Shown here piece after piece: positions 20,265 to 31,252 of a DNA stretch of 32,192 nt. Each line of letters starts with the position of its first letter. Position 1 is the first letter of the stretch. Position numbers and translations under genes: made by a program. The stretch is from Atractiella rhizophila (taxonomy: Eukaryota), in NCBI GenBank assembly GCA_021432655.1, contig MU271687.1, positions 1 to 32,192 of the forward strand, read 5' to 3'. A model generated the notes under the pieces. It ran no database searches and was not told the origin of the DNA. It saw only the letters and a list, made by a program, of their open reading frames with translations.

Positions 20265-21636
20265 ATGTCCTTGCCACCCCATGCCTTACCTACTTCGACC
20301 AATGACGCGCGCCAACCACGCCAACATTACCTCACTCCTTATACGGACTTCTATGGTACGCCCAGCGTGGCTCCCTGCGCCAACAAGTCTGACCCTGCCT
20401 GGTTTGAGCCCACTGGCGATCATACGACGCTCCAGGTCCACAAACTGAGGCCTGTCTACGATCACCCCATTTCATTGTCAATTCTTGACCTGTATTGGGA
20501 GAGACATCTGCAAGCTTCTCGAATCACTCGATGTAATGCAGACGTCAACAGACCCCGTTGCCTTTACTCACAAAGAGTATGCATCGCCATTTTGTCCGCT
20601 CTGAGATCAGCGTGAAGCTCAATAGTACCTTTCAAGGATGTCCTGTCTGTCCTTTCACGATGCGACATTCATTCCGTCAACATGGTACAACCTTCCATAG
20701 CTCCGAAAAGGACTGAGCAGTGCTGATCTCCATTGAACTTTCTCGGAATCTTGGCGAATTACCTAACCTAACAGGCTGATCGAGTGATCCTGTTTCGGAA
20801 AAGGCGAACCCAGACATGCAGGCTATCGCTAGAGATTGCCCATTGGCGGTTTAAGTTTTATTTGACAGTCACTCATCTTCTAATGGAGACTTCATGGTCG
20901 CAAGACACCGTCCTCCTTCTCGCTAGTACAGTATGGGGAACCGTGAATCACTTCGATTTCTCCTCCTCAAGATTACTTTTCTTCTCGGTTGCCGCTGTCT
21001 CCGAAGTTTTAAGAAGTTTTAACACCTCCAACTAAGGCTGATTCTGCAGAATGGACAATTGGCGTATGTACAAGAATGGGGTAATGAGAACATCGTTCGA
21101 CTTCTTCAAACTGCCTGTTCGTCTCTCGAGCTTAAACATCATAACTTGCCCACGCCTTGACCTGCGTAACGAGTTTTCAGAGCCTGTAGCTTTTCGGGGA
21201 AAATTTCCGCATCTTAAGAAGCTTATTCTTTCACCTTCAGCAAGAGCAAGCATTTAACGAGGGTCCTCAGTTGCAATCCTGACTCAAGTTCTCCAAAAAC
21301 ATCCCAGCTCAATCTCTGTCCTTCAGCGTTGAGTTCAGTTGAAGCACGATTCCATCTGCGAACCATGCGACTTAGCCTTCTCTGATCAAGACGGTCATCA
21401 CCACGACTGTTTCTTCGCACTTCACTTCGGCTGAGGTGTCAGGTTTGTGGAGACACCTTAGGGAGTCGTGGACCGGAGAAGAGATCAATGCTGAAGACGA
21501 GCTTAATTCCTGACACCTTGTCGCTACCACACCGTTAGAAGTTCCTTGGAGGATGCAGAGCTTTTTGTAGAAGCTGGTGGAGGAGTTGCAGAAGGATGCG
21601 GTGGAAGTTTTGGTTCATGTTAAGAGCAATACATGA
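20265..21636 (+). pseudogene. Possible decayed LRR-like gene
   Basis: A run of short + strand ORFs that do not splice into one frame. Fragments LSSLNIITCPRL and KFPHLKKLIL resemble the LRR-like repeats of neighbouring F-box genes. Weak: stop density in the distal frame is close to random. Confidence 0.3.
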
Positions 21637-22589
21637 GAAGGTAGTATACCTCGAAGGTATTGATAGAGCAACCGGAAACCTAAGTTTCATTTTCCCTTGA
21701 AAATATATTCAGTGGCCATGAGGCTATGAAAACTATAGGTTATAAACGTAGAAGTTCTAGCGTTGTTGACGAGAGGTTGCATTGGTGCTTCATAAAATCA
21801 CGATACATCTAGCCTGCATCAACGTCAAGACCTTCATGTTGTCGGAGACCCTTGCAAGACTTTACAGATGATCTGGATTCGCAATCACTGCTATTCGGTG
21901 CCTGACCTGCAAACTTCAGTTGACTTTCCACTGTCCCATCTTGGAATGGCCAACCGCATTCGATCCGTTATTGCATCGATTGATGGAGTGGCCACAGTCT
22001 GCTCCTCCTTTTCTTCTGTATCATTTTTCTGAGACTTTTAGCTCTTTTTGGGGAGGACAGAGCGGAAGGGGCGCCGGCATCAAGTTCAAGCTATCAGTCA
22101 TCCATGGCATATTCTCAGGCCGCGAGTGCCACGTTGCCACGACTTCTTCCTCAACGCTTTTGGCATACGCACACTTTCTCCGAGCATTTCTAATTCGCAA
22201 CATCTGCCATTTTTGCTTTGCGAGGGCTGAAACGCGTTCTTGCAAAGTTTGACGCGTCTTTTCTGCTGCACGTGGACAAGGTTTCCTCCCGGTGATTGAT
22301 CAACAAGCGATCCTTCGGCTCACCCTTATTCTTGTGTGTTGGCTGAGCACCTAAAGTAGCTGCAGAAGGCTCGGCGGAGTATAGAAGGCATGGAGAGTGC
22401 GTGCATCCTTAGTCGCGGCGGGGAGCTGGCGGGGACGGGGGACGGGAAGGTGAGAAAGACGGGAAGGCGTGTGAGAAAACGATGCTCGATTTCATCATTA
22501 AGTCTCACGGAGGCAGTTCGAACTCCTTATAGCTTGTAACGACCAAGTCCACTCGACCTCTCCCTCCCTCAAAGCTCGGCGTCGAAACG

Positions 22590-25500
22590 ATGGACAGGCC
22601 CGCTCCTCCTCCTAGGAACCCAAATAGGATGTCACTCGCTTCCTCTATCACTACGAATCTCCATTTTCACCAGCAGGAACAGCAAACTGACCCTCCTCAG
22701 CCCCTCTCTCCGATCCGCGGCGGATACGCTGAACGGGAGGAGGAATATGGAGGCCGTACTCCCAATAACTCGCCGGAGAAAGGATCAGGGGTGGTGCGCG
22801 CGAGCTTGGAGAGTAATAGGAGCGAAGTCTCGGATGGGACCGTGGGGAGTGGGAGCGGTAGTGGCTGTAGGAGCGGAGACAGCGTCTATGAAGATGCAGA
22901 GGAGGGAAGGTGGTCTTGTGAATTGAGTGAGAGCGATAGAGGGGAGTGTGCGACTGATATGAACGGAGAAATGGAAGAAGCAGGTCTGTCTTGTCATCTC
23001 TTATTTATTAGAACGGCTGGGCTGAAGTGTTCGTTTGGAGCAGTTTGGGAGGAGGAAGAAACGACAGAGCGAACTCCAAGGAGGAAGCAGGTGCAATTCA
23101 ACACCCCTCCTGGTCCGTCGAGTGTGACAGCAGCCCAAAATTCTCCACCTACTCTCTCATCGCCGGGGACAACGGTTACCCCTCGCGCTGCCACAAAGGT
23201 ATGTATATTTTCCAACGCTTTGCATGAATTTACATCCATTCCTTGTCCTGCATCACAGGCTGCACGGCAGTCCATAACCCCTACATCAGTCGCCCTTCAA
23301 CATATCACGCACGCGCAGCGCCTATCTTCGATCGAGGAAAAGGCGGCACAGATGCGTAAATCCACATCAGCTCCGTGGGGGATGAACGTGGAATGGGACA
23401 TCATCCCATCTTTCCACGGCGCAGGATTCAAGATCCATCCGAAAGAACGCAAGTCTTCTCGAGGAGCGATGGGGAGGGGAGCAATCAAGATGGATCCAAA
23501 TGTCTGGAGGGAGGGTTTGAGCAGACGGAAGAACGACACAAACAATGTCGGTGCCAATCCGGCGAATGAGAGTTCAAGTGGAGCGAATGGGAAGTCGGCG
23601 CGCGCTGTGGGAGCAGGTCATTGGAAGAAGGCTTCTATCACCCTTATTCCCGTACCACCTGGTCTTGCATGGGCGACTCCTAAAGCCCCGACCTTGCAAC
23701 ATGCTGCGTCGTCAGAAAGGACGAACGACATTGACGTGCCGAAAGGAGAACGGGAATTGAGAACAGTGCGAAGCGAAGGGGAAGGTAAAGATAGGATGAG
23801 AGTGCACTCGGAGCCAGGAGTGGTGTTAACAAGGGCGAGAGAGGATACGAGCACTGTGGGAAGGACCAGAGTAGTTTCGGAGGGAGGAAAGCCGTTGAGA
23901 ATTGTGGAGATGAAAGGGGAAACAGGCATGGCACCCATCAGCGAGTCCGAAGTGGAAGAAACCGCCACGGCCGTTAAGGAGATGGCAGCTCGCACCGACT
24001 TGCAGAAAGACGTCGTCACCGATCCTCAGAACAAATTGCAGACGATAACTCCTCCCTTCGCCGGTGATGCGCAACACCCGGCTCAAATGTCCTATCGCCT
24101 TCCTCCTCACCATGGCTTCAAGCGAAGAAGGGAAGAGATGAACACTTTTGGAGAGATTGTCTCCCTTTCACCCTCTCCTCCGCTAGTACGCTCTCCTCCA
24201 AACTCTCCCAAGGCGTTCGTCGATCCCTCAGGTACACCACCGCCTATTGTTTCGCATATTTCCAGGAGGGAAATGGAGAACATGCAAGCTCTTAAGGGAA
24301 GAGACAGTCGGGAGAGCTTTAGCAGCGGGTCGAACTTGACGGAGTCTGGCTTGAAGGGACGGAAAAGTACGGAGTCTGTGAAGAGCACGAAGAGTGCGAA
24401 GGCACTGTTTGGATTGGGTTTATTTGGTGTTGGTGGAGGGCGGGAGAGTCGCGTGAGCAATTCGTCTAGCAGTTCGGTTTCGACGGAGACCGACGCGAGA
24501 AGGGACCCTTCCACCGATCGCCCAGAGCAGTTACCTCCTTCAGCGTCGACGGATAAGAGACATTCGCGGATTCACTCTCTGAACTTCTCTCGCCCGAAGG
24601 ACTATGTTCCTCCTCTGCCAGTACTGGGACAACAACCACCCACTCCCTCAACTCCGATCCTCATCTTTACGCCTCCCACTGTCCCCGACAACTTGAACGA
24701 ACTGGCGGAGAGCTGTGCGGGTTCAGCAGAGTCGGCGGATGATGGGAGCGCGCTGCGTGTGCCTTCCGGAGAGGCAGATTGGGGTGAAGTTGAGATGGAG
24801 GGACCAGCAGCGACCCCGGAAGCACACGAGTTGCCTGAACGACCGCAGACGCCGTCCCCACCAGTCCCTCCGAAGGATGTGGTGGAAGAAGACTGGTCTC
24901 CCGCCGTTCCCATTTCAAAGGATGATTCCTCGTATTCGATTGACGAGCACGCCGGGCATTCGAAAGCTATTCCTCTCACCGGTAAGGTCAGGAAACTCTC
25001 TCCTGCACCGTGGGAGATGGAATTCCAAGTGTCTGGATCATCCAACTCTACGACCGGATCACAAGATCTGTATTCGCCGTTGTCGAATGTGTCGACTGCA
25101 AAGAGCAGCGTGTTCTCGGAGAAGGGGAGAATGGACGATGGATACTTCGATCAGTTGTTGAAGGAAGAGAAAACGATCAAGAAGAGTTTGAACTCGCCTC
25201 TCATGAGCGAATTGAGGAATAGCATCAGTCGCGAATCCCTTATCTCCGTTTCTGAAGGTGGACACTCTGTTGTTGCAGAAGGAGATCAACCTTCGCAAGA
25301 CTTAGGAACGATTGTATCTGTTGTCCCTGCTGAAACACAAAAGCAAGGATCGAAAAAGAACATTAAGGGGCTTTTCATCAATACCTCTGCCGCTCCCACC
25401 ATCTCTGCCCCGATAACCACTACTCCTCGCTCCCCAAACTCCAGACGTCATCCTCCATCACCCTCTGTCCTTACGCCAGGACGGTTTAAATCTTATGATT

Positions 25501-25880
25501 CCATCTCGTCTTCCGACGCATTGGCATCCCCGTCTCTCAATGGCGGAATGGTGATTTCAGTGGACAGTCCGAGGAGGAAAGGATTCGGGAAGCGTTTGAA
25601 CTTGATCAGTCCAACTAAGAAAAACTTTTCCAACCCTGCACTCGGTATTGAGCATCAGGTCATGCCGTCTGTGCTGGGCGTGGAGGATGGCGAACGAAGC
25701 TGTCAGGAGGACAGGAAGAGCAACTCCGGATCGAGTTTAGAGAAGAGGCTCTCGGAAGAGATGGAGAAGGAGGAGGAAAAAATGAAAGGGAGCAAGACTT
25801 TTGAGAACCTCATTGGTAAATATCAAACCATGGAAGGTGTGGAGAAGGAGGTCGTGAAATCAGTCATCGATAGGATGTAA
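22590..25880 (+). CDS. Large Ser/Pro/Glu-rich, probably disordered protein (about 1056 aa after removing two 60-nt introns)
   Basis: 1096-codon ORF starting MDRPAPPPRNPNR, with many SP/TP and PxxP motifs. Intron-like segments 22984-23043 and 23199-23258 are read through in frame. No catalytic domain recognised. Confidence 0.85.
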   Translation: MDRPAPPPRNPNRMSLASSITTNLHFHQQEQQTDPPQPLSPIRGGYAEREEEYGGRTPNNSPEKGSGVVRASLESNRSEVSDGTVGSGSGSGCRSGDSVYEDAEEGRWSCELSESDRGECATDMNGEMEEAGLSCHLLFIRTAGLKCSFGAVWEEEETTERTPRRKQVQFNTPPGPSSVTAAQNSPPTLSSPGTTVTPRAATKVCIFSNALHEFTSIPCPASQAARQSITPTSVALQHITHAQRLSSIEEKAAQMRKSTSAPWGMNVEWDIIPSFHGAGFKIHPKERKSSRGAMGRGAIKMDPNVWREGLSRRKNDTNNVGANPANESSSGANGKSARAVGAGHWKKASITLIPVPPGLAWATPKAPTLQHAASSERTNDIDVPKGERELRTVRSEGEGKDRMRVHSEPGVVLTRAREDTSTVGRTRVVSEGGKPLRIVEMKGETGMAPISESEVEETATAVKEMAARTDLQKDVVTDPQNKLQTITPPFAGDAQHPAQMSYRLPPHHGFKRRREEMNTFGEIVSLSPSPPLVRSPPNSPKAFVDPSGTPPPIVSHISRREMENMQALKGRDSRESFSSGSNLTESGLKGRKSTESVKSTKSAKALFGLGLFGVGGGRESRVSNSSSSSVSTETDARRDPSTDRPEQLPPSASTDKRHSRIHSLNFSRPKDYVPPLPVLGQQPPTPSTPILIFTPPTVPDNLNELAESCAGSAESADDGSALRVPSGEADWGEVEMEGPAATPEAHELPERPQTPSPPVPPKDVVEEDWSPAVPISKDDSSYSIDEHAGHSKAIPLTGKVRKLSPAPWEMEFQVSGSSNSTTGSQDLYSPLSNVSTAKSSVFSEKGRMDDGYFDQLLKEEKTIKKSLNSPLMSELRNSISRESLISVSEGGHSVVAEGDQPSQDLGTIVSVVPAETQKQGSKKNIKGLFINTSAAPTISAPITTTPRSPNSRRHPPSPSVLTPGRFKSYDSISSSDALASPSLNGGMVISVDSPRRKGFGKRLNLISPTKKNFSNPALGIEHQVMPSVLGVEDGERSCQEDRKSNSGSSLEKRLSEEMEKEEEKMKGSKTFENLIGKYQTMEGVEKEVVKSVIDRM

Positions 25881-26257
25881 AGTTGAGCTTCCTCTAGGGG
25901 AGGAGCAGTTTGTTGTTGCTGGTTTGGGTTCTGAAGATGAGCTCGATTATCATTCTTTTGATTGTTCCTTGTACCTGCATTTCCATTCTTTTCTGCTTGT
26001 CTCTGTTTCTACATTGTGAAGTCCTTTTGTTGTACAGCTGCGACAATCAATCATTAATCAATTTTGATAACTTAGCGTCATCGTCATGATAGGCAAGATG
26101 GAGGAACGGAGATGCGATTTAAGGAGACGATGACTATTTATACAGTATGATTGAAGAACGACAGAGAGTCCATAGGTATCAGCAGACGAGCGTGTAGAGG
26201 TATATCAACAACGTGTTGAAAACAACAATCCATAATGTGACAGCAGCCTGGCATGAA

Positions 26258-27627
26258 CTAAGACTCCCACCTCCATTCAGTAAGAGCGTCGACAACCCTC
26301 ACTTCTTTTCGTTTAGCCATCCCCTCCACGTTCTGCTCGCCTTCTAAACTCAAACCTTTCCTCCACACAGCGAGCACGTCCAATTCCTTGTTCTTTAGGC
26401 CGTCGAGCAAACCAGTTAACTCGACGGATACATCGTCTGTGTTCCTGACACACAGCTCTTTTACCCCAAGTCCTCGAATGATTTCTAATGGGGGAACAAT
26501 CGCGACGGTAAGTTTCCGGAGAGATTTCTTGCTCTTCTCCCAGGTGGAGAAGAAAAGTTGGACGTTCTTGAAATAGATGTCCATAGGGCAGAAAATGGTC
26601 CGCCAGAGCTCGAGTGCGCTGATCTTGGCGCTCGAACAGAGGAGTTGGATCCATTCTTCCCCCTCTGGGCACGGGAGGCGGTCGTGGGATACCGACAGAG
26701 ATCGGAGATGCATTTCGGATTGTCCCCCGAAAGGAGAGAGGGGGAACAAGAGCGTCTTCCACGCTAGAACTGAGCCATTGCATCCATACAGTTTAAGCGA
26801 ACGAAGATCGGTCAAAGCGCTGTGTTGTATCTCCTCTGCGCCGATGTCTAGGCCCTGTAACGACAGCACCCTCAAAAGCCGCAAGAGACGAAGGTTGGAG
26901 AAACAGTTAGGGAGCGAAAACATCATCCCTCCCCTGGATCCTAGGGTTAATTTTCTGAGCGAGAGCGGGAGAGTGACGGCCACGTTGCCAGGTTCGAAAC
27001 CGAAGTATTCGAGCTCTTGCAACCTGGGCACACAGCGAAGGAGACGGTTGATCTCTTCGTTGCTGGGACGTTCTCGAAAAGCAGACGGGTCAAGCGTGAG
27101 ACTTTGGACTGTGAATCCCTTACGATCGGGATCGGCGCAACGGGATAAGATGGAAGAGAAGGAGGTGAACCTGTTGGAGGAGCGGACGGAGACTCGAGAC
27201 AGGAGGGCATGACGAGCGATGGGATGGAGGTATCGACAAACAGGGAGGAGGGGGACGAGGAAGGATGAGGACAGGTGTGTGAGGATGAGCGGTAGGAGTT
27301 CAGGCGGTAGTCGAAGCAGAGGTGATTGACGCTGGGGATGGACGTCTACGAGTGAGAGGGAAGACAACTGCCTGATGGTGGAAAAAGATGAGAATCATCT
27401 TAAGCGAAACATAGGGAAAGTGCGAACTGGTTGAGCTCTTCTAGCGACAGCTTCACATCCACGATGCTCGAGCTGACGGTGACCCCTCTTCCCCTTCTAT
27501 TCTTCACTTCCACGCTGGAAGCGCTGCCTTGTGATGGGCCGCTCTTCCTGCCGACACGCAAACCACCGGTCGAATTCCTCTTCGACAGCCCACCACGATT
27601 GGACCTCCCGTTCATCTGATGAGGCAT
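26258..27627 (-). CDS. F-box/LRR-like protein, 2 exons
   Basis: Exon 1 MPHQMNGRS...LEELNQ, intron 27427-27372 (GTTCGC...CAG), exon 2 with F-box LLRLPPELLPLILTHL...LLPVCRYL and LRR-like repeats RLQELEY, SLRKLTL, DLRSLKL, HLRSLSV. Confidence 0.88.
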
Positions 27628-28660
27628 GGTTCGAATTTGCAATCAGAACCTAAGAAATATCGAAACCTCAGAAATTTGGAATAGAGTTTTCTTCAGTAGA
27701 GCAGAGAAACGGGGAGAGAGGATAATTTAAAGGAAAGGGAGAAAGCGGGAAAAAAAGGAAGCGTCCATCTCGTCTTTTATATCTACGCGCAGACGCACGC
27801 CCAGCTGTTCTCTTGAGTCTCAGAATTTGGGCACAAAAGACGGATCCAAACCGTTTCTTCTCTACCGGCGAACGAACACTCCTCACACACAGCGCAACGA
27901 CGCGCGACGTCTGTCTGCCTGCCGTTTGCAATTTTCGTAATTGACAGGTCTCCTTCTTGCGAACCGATTTCATGAGGACTTCATGCCCAAACCGGGCGCT
28001 TTCTAGCCTTTTGAGGGACGCTTCATTCTCTTCTCTTCCAGTTCATCTCGTTCGATGAACAATCCCATCTCCGCCAGCGGAAGTTCGTCGGCTTCTCCCC
28101 AACCGAGTCCCGAAGCACGTACTTTTGTCATTTCTCCCCGTCCTGACACTCCCGCCTTAATTCTGCCCGGTTTCTAGCTTGCGTTGGGAGACCGTAGAAA
28201 TATGAAACACCAATTCGATTCCCTCGACGAGGTTCAGCTTCTTATATAAGAATAAACGAGAGATCTCTCCAACCGCCCCATCAACTTGCCAATAAATCCA
28301 GTCAAGAACCAAGTCAATGAAATTGGAAGATGAAGAAGTCTGCAAAAAGTCAAGGAAGAGGAGGAATTCTACAATGTACTGAGACTGTGAACCCGGTAGT
28401 TTATGAGATATAAGAGAGAGAAGAGAAAATAGCTTATGGGTACTGCCTTCTTATAATCGGATAGAGAAGTAACTGCCTGTAGCGATGGGCGGTGGAGGAA
28501 AGAAAGATGCTGACCAAGAAAATACAATGAATAAGAGGGAGAGAGGAAAGGAGGGAGTGCATGGTAGTTTCAGCTTTGTCAGAGCTGCAAGGACATGGAA
28601 GAATGGATGGTAAGGCGGATAATAGTCGACACGAAAATAGTGCAGATGAACGGATGGAAC

Positions 28661-29888
28661 TTAGAGCAGAACGCAACAGCATCCCCCTCCGTGCTTCTCT
28701 CCATCCTCTTTGAATGCCTGCTGTCCCCCGGCCTGTTGGCCACCAGCGGGTCGTCCAGTTTGCTGCTCCTGTCAAGCAGATACCATTTCAATGAAATGGC
28801 CCACCCGCATATCGAAAGCGGGTAAAGCTCACCTTGTTATACTTCCTGATCTCCCGAACCAGGTTCCCGAACGCCTCGTCGACGTTGATACGCTGCTTGG
28901 CCGAGGTCTCGATGAATCGGCAGCCAAAGTGTTTTGCGAGTTCACGACCCTCTGTTTCGTTCGTCCAACTTGAGTATTCACAAGTAGCTACAGTAAGTGG
29001 TACGGAAGGACGCACCGTGCGCGCCAACCTGGCGTTCGAACTCCAGATCACATTTGTTCGCCACAACAATGACAGGGAAGTAGTCCTTGTCCTAGACCAA
29101 GTCGAACCATCACTACCGGAGGGTAAATGTCATAGAGATGAATGCGAACCTTGACACGGAGGATTTGTTGATGGAAGATCCCAATCTCGTCGAACGAAGA
29201 TCTCGAAGTGATAGAGTACACCAAGAGAAATCCTTCTCCCGTTCGCATGTACTGCTCCCTCATTGCCCTACCCACAAACACTACTCAGCACTGTGCAAGG
29301 GAATGGAAGGAAGAAGAAACGCACGAATACTCCTCTTGTCCAGCGGTGTCGAGAACATCCAGAAGAGCGACTTCTTCGTCGATCACGCATTGCTTGCGGT
29401 AGGAATCTGTGCGGGGATGCAGATTAGTTGCTGCGTGAGGACAGAAGCCCTCAGGGCAAACGAGGCTGCCGAGGTCTCCAGGGAGGGAGAACAAGAACGT
29501 AAAAGCAGTTCATTCCTATTGAGAAACATGGAATGAAAATGACCGGTCATGACCGTCAGCGCATCAAACCGGTCAATTTTTTTCCCTGGCTCTTTTTCTG
29601 TTTCGTTCCCAACATGCGCTATGAAGAATGCAAAGCAGAGAAACAGCGTACCTTCGATGGTCGGGTCATACTCATCCACAAAATGAGACTGAATGAATTG
29701 AATGGTGAGAGCGCTCTTTCCCACACCTCCACCTCCAACAACGACGAGTTTGTACTCCCTCAGAAACTGCGCTGCCTGTAGGTCCGGAAGAATCCAGAAT
29801 GGTGCAGCAACGACGCCGAAAAGAGACTAATCAACACACCGCCGAGATATGTCCATAAGGAAGAGAGACGCACCTTTGCCGCTGCCAT
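28661..29888 (-). CDS. RAS1: Ras1 small GTPase, 7 exons
   Basis: [52 protein letters not shown]...[18 protein letters not shown]-terminal GCCCVLL (CAAX), TAA at 28663-28661. Confidence 0.97.
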
Positions 29889-31160
29889 TTTTTGGTACAG
29901 AATATACTATGAGTACTGTTTACTGCTCGGCAGGATATGGTAGCCTGAGGCGTGAGCAAGAGAAAAGAGGGAACCGAAAGGGGCCTTTGCTTCGACAGAA
30001 GTTCGAAGTTAACGAATTCTAGTCCATGGGCAACAAGGTTCCGTTCAAATGCACGTGAGGAAGGACGCAATGAGGACGCGATTTGTAATTCATGGAATGT
30101 TGAATGTTGACAATCAATCGATCAGGAATCGATCAATCTGTGGGTGACAATAGCAATGGGCGAAAGTGGCAAGTGGCAAGTAGGCATCGGGAGAGTAGAG
30201 AGAGGCAGAATTCACCCTGTAAGAATCTGAAGCTTCGAATTTCCTATGGACGAGAAGGGGAAGCAAGTCCGCAGGGACTGCGTTTGTCCAGGTGTTTGAT
30301 ATTCTGCCTTCTCATTTTTATGAGGGGAACTTTCACCACAGAGATGACAAAAGGCGTCGGAGCAATGAAATGCTGTTTATGGCTAAGATTGCATCAGGAA
30401 AGGTTCTGGCCAGCATGCAGTCAGTTAGAAGCGAGCTTAGTCACTTGCCTTAAGACTTTTGCACCAAGTTCATTGAGACCGTGTACTAATCCAATTGCGG
30501 CTGGTTCGAGTTGCCGTGCAATCTAACTTTTCTTGAGCCGTTCCCAAATGATACTGAACATTAAAACCAGTGTATCGAGGCGGCTACCGCATTCGACGTA
30601 CTTCTCTTGTGACACTTATTGCTACACTTGTGAGCAGTAATGATCCCTGCTACGATGCCCAATCGAAATACATGCGCATTGCGGCGCCTCTGCAGAGAAC
30701 TTGGGTCAGAATCCTGCCGTCGAGAGCCGGACGAGTTGAAGTGACTTCCCCGGAGTTGAATAGTTGTGCGGGGTTGTTGAGGACGTCCATGCGTGCATGG
30801 TCCGTGGTGTTCAGTAGTTCCCCTGTTAGCGCAGATCGTGAATGTCGATATCTTCACTCTGAAATCTTCAGGACCGTTCAAGAGTGCATGCAGACGTACA
30901 ACATCACCGCAGCTGCCGTTCCGATGATGACTAGTCAACCTGTCACCGTGTCTCCCTCCTCTTTGTTGTGGAGTTCCGCAAAGCCCTGAGAGAGGATGTT
31001 TCCTGGAGCAGTACTCATTTTGGATTGCTGTATTGCATTTGCTCTTGCAACTGCATAGTCTACCCTACCAACCGCACCGAGCACAGGTACCAGGGGGAAC
31101 GGCGAACTGCAACCATTCCTCAATACCATGCAAGTATGTTGTCCTTCCGCCGCCACAACA

Positions 31161-31168
31161 TATAAATA
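31161..31168 (+). promoter_or_regulatory. TATA box of the MFS gene
   Basis: TATAAATA about 92 nt upstream of the ATG at 31253. Confidence 0.55.
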
Positions 31169-31252
31169 CTGGAGAACATCTTCCAATCCATCATTTTCCT
31201 GTCTCTCTTTCATCTTATAATACCAATATACTACCACCTGGTTACCACAGCC

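Noticed and set aside
21241..21636. Protein-like frame with five internal stops, considered as readthrough or RNA editing
   Set aside because: Five stops in about 130 codons is near random expectation and both TGA and TAG occur; nothing supports recoding.
22021..22400. Possible small spliced minus-strand gene upstream of the large disordered gene
   Set aside because: An intron-like GTGAGC...GCAG segment exists, but the phase-compatible upstream frame hits a stop before any ATG.
22785..25298. Many minus-strand and alternate-frame ORFs inside the large disordered gene
   Set aside because: Shadow ORFs of a long coding sequence; the same applies to antisense ORFs over the other genes.
28661..28681. 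Ras1 ending CCCVLL, suggesting geranylgeranylation
   Set aside because: Leu-terminated CAAX boxes with upstream palmitoylation cysteines are ordinary for basidiomycete Ras1.
30495..30522. B-box-like GGTTCGAGTT in a weak hairpin (possible tRNA or SINE)
   Set aside because: No A-box or cloverleaf could be built.
30561..30989. Overlapping 139-aa (+) and 125-aa (-) ORFs between RAS1 and the MFS gene
   Set aside because: No recognisable motif or supporting gene structure; treated as chance ORFs in promoter DNA.
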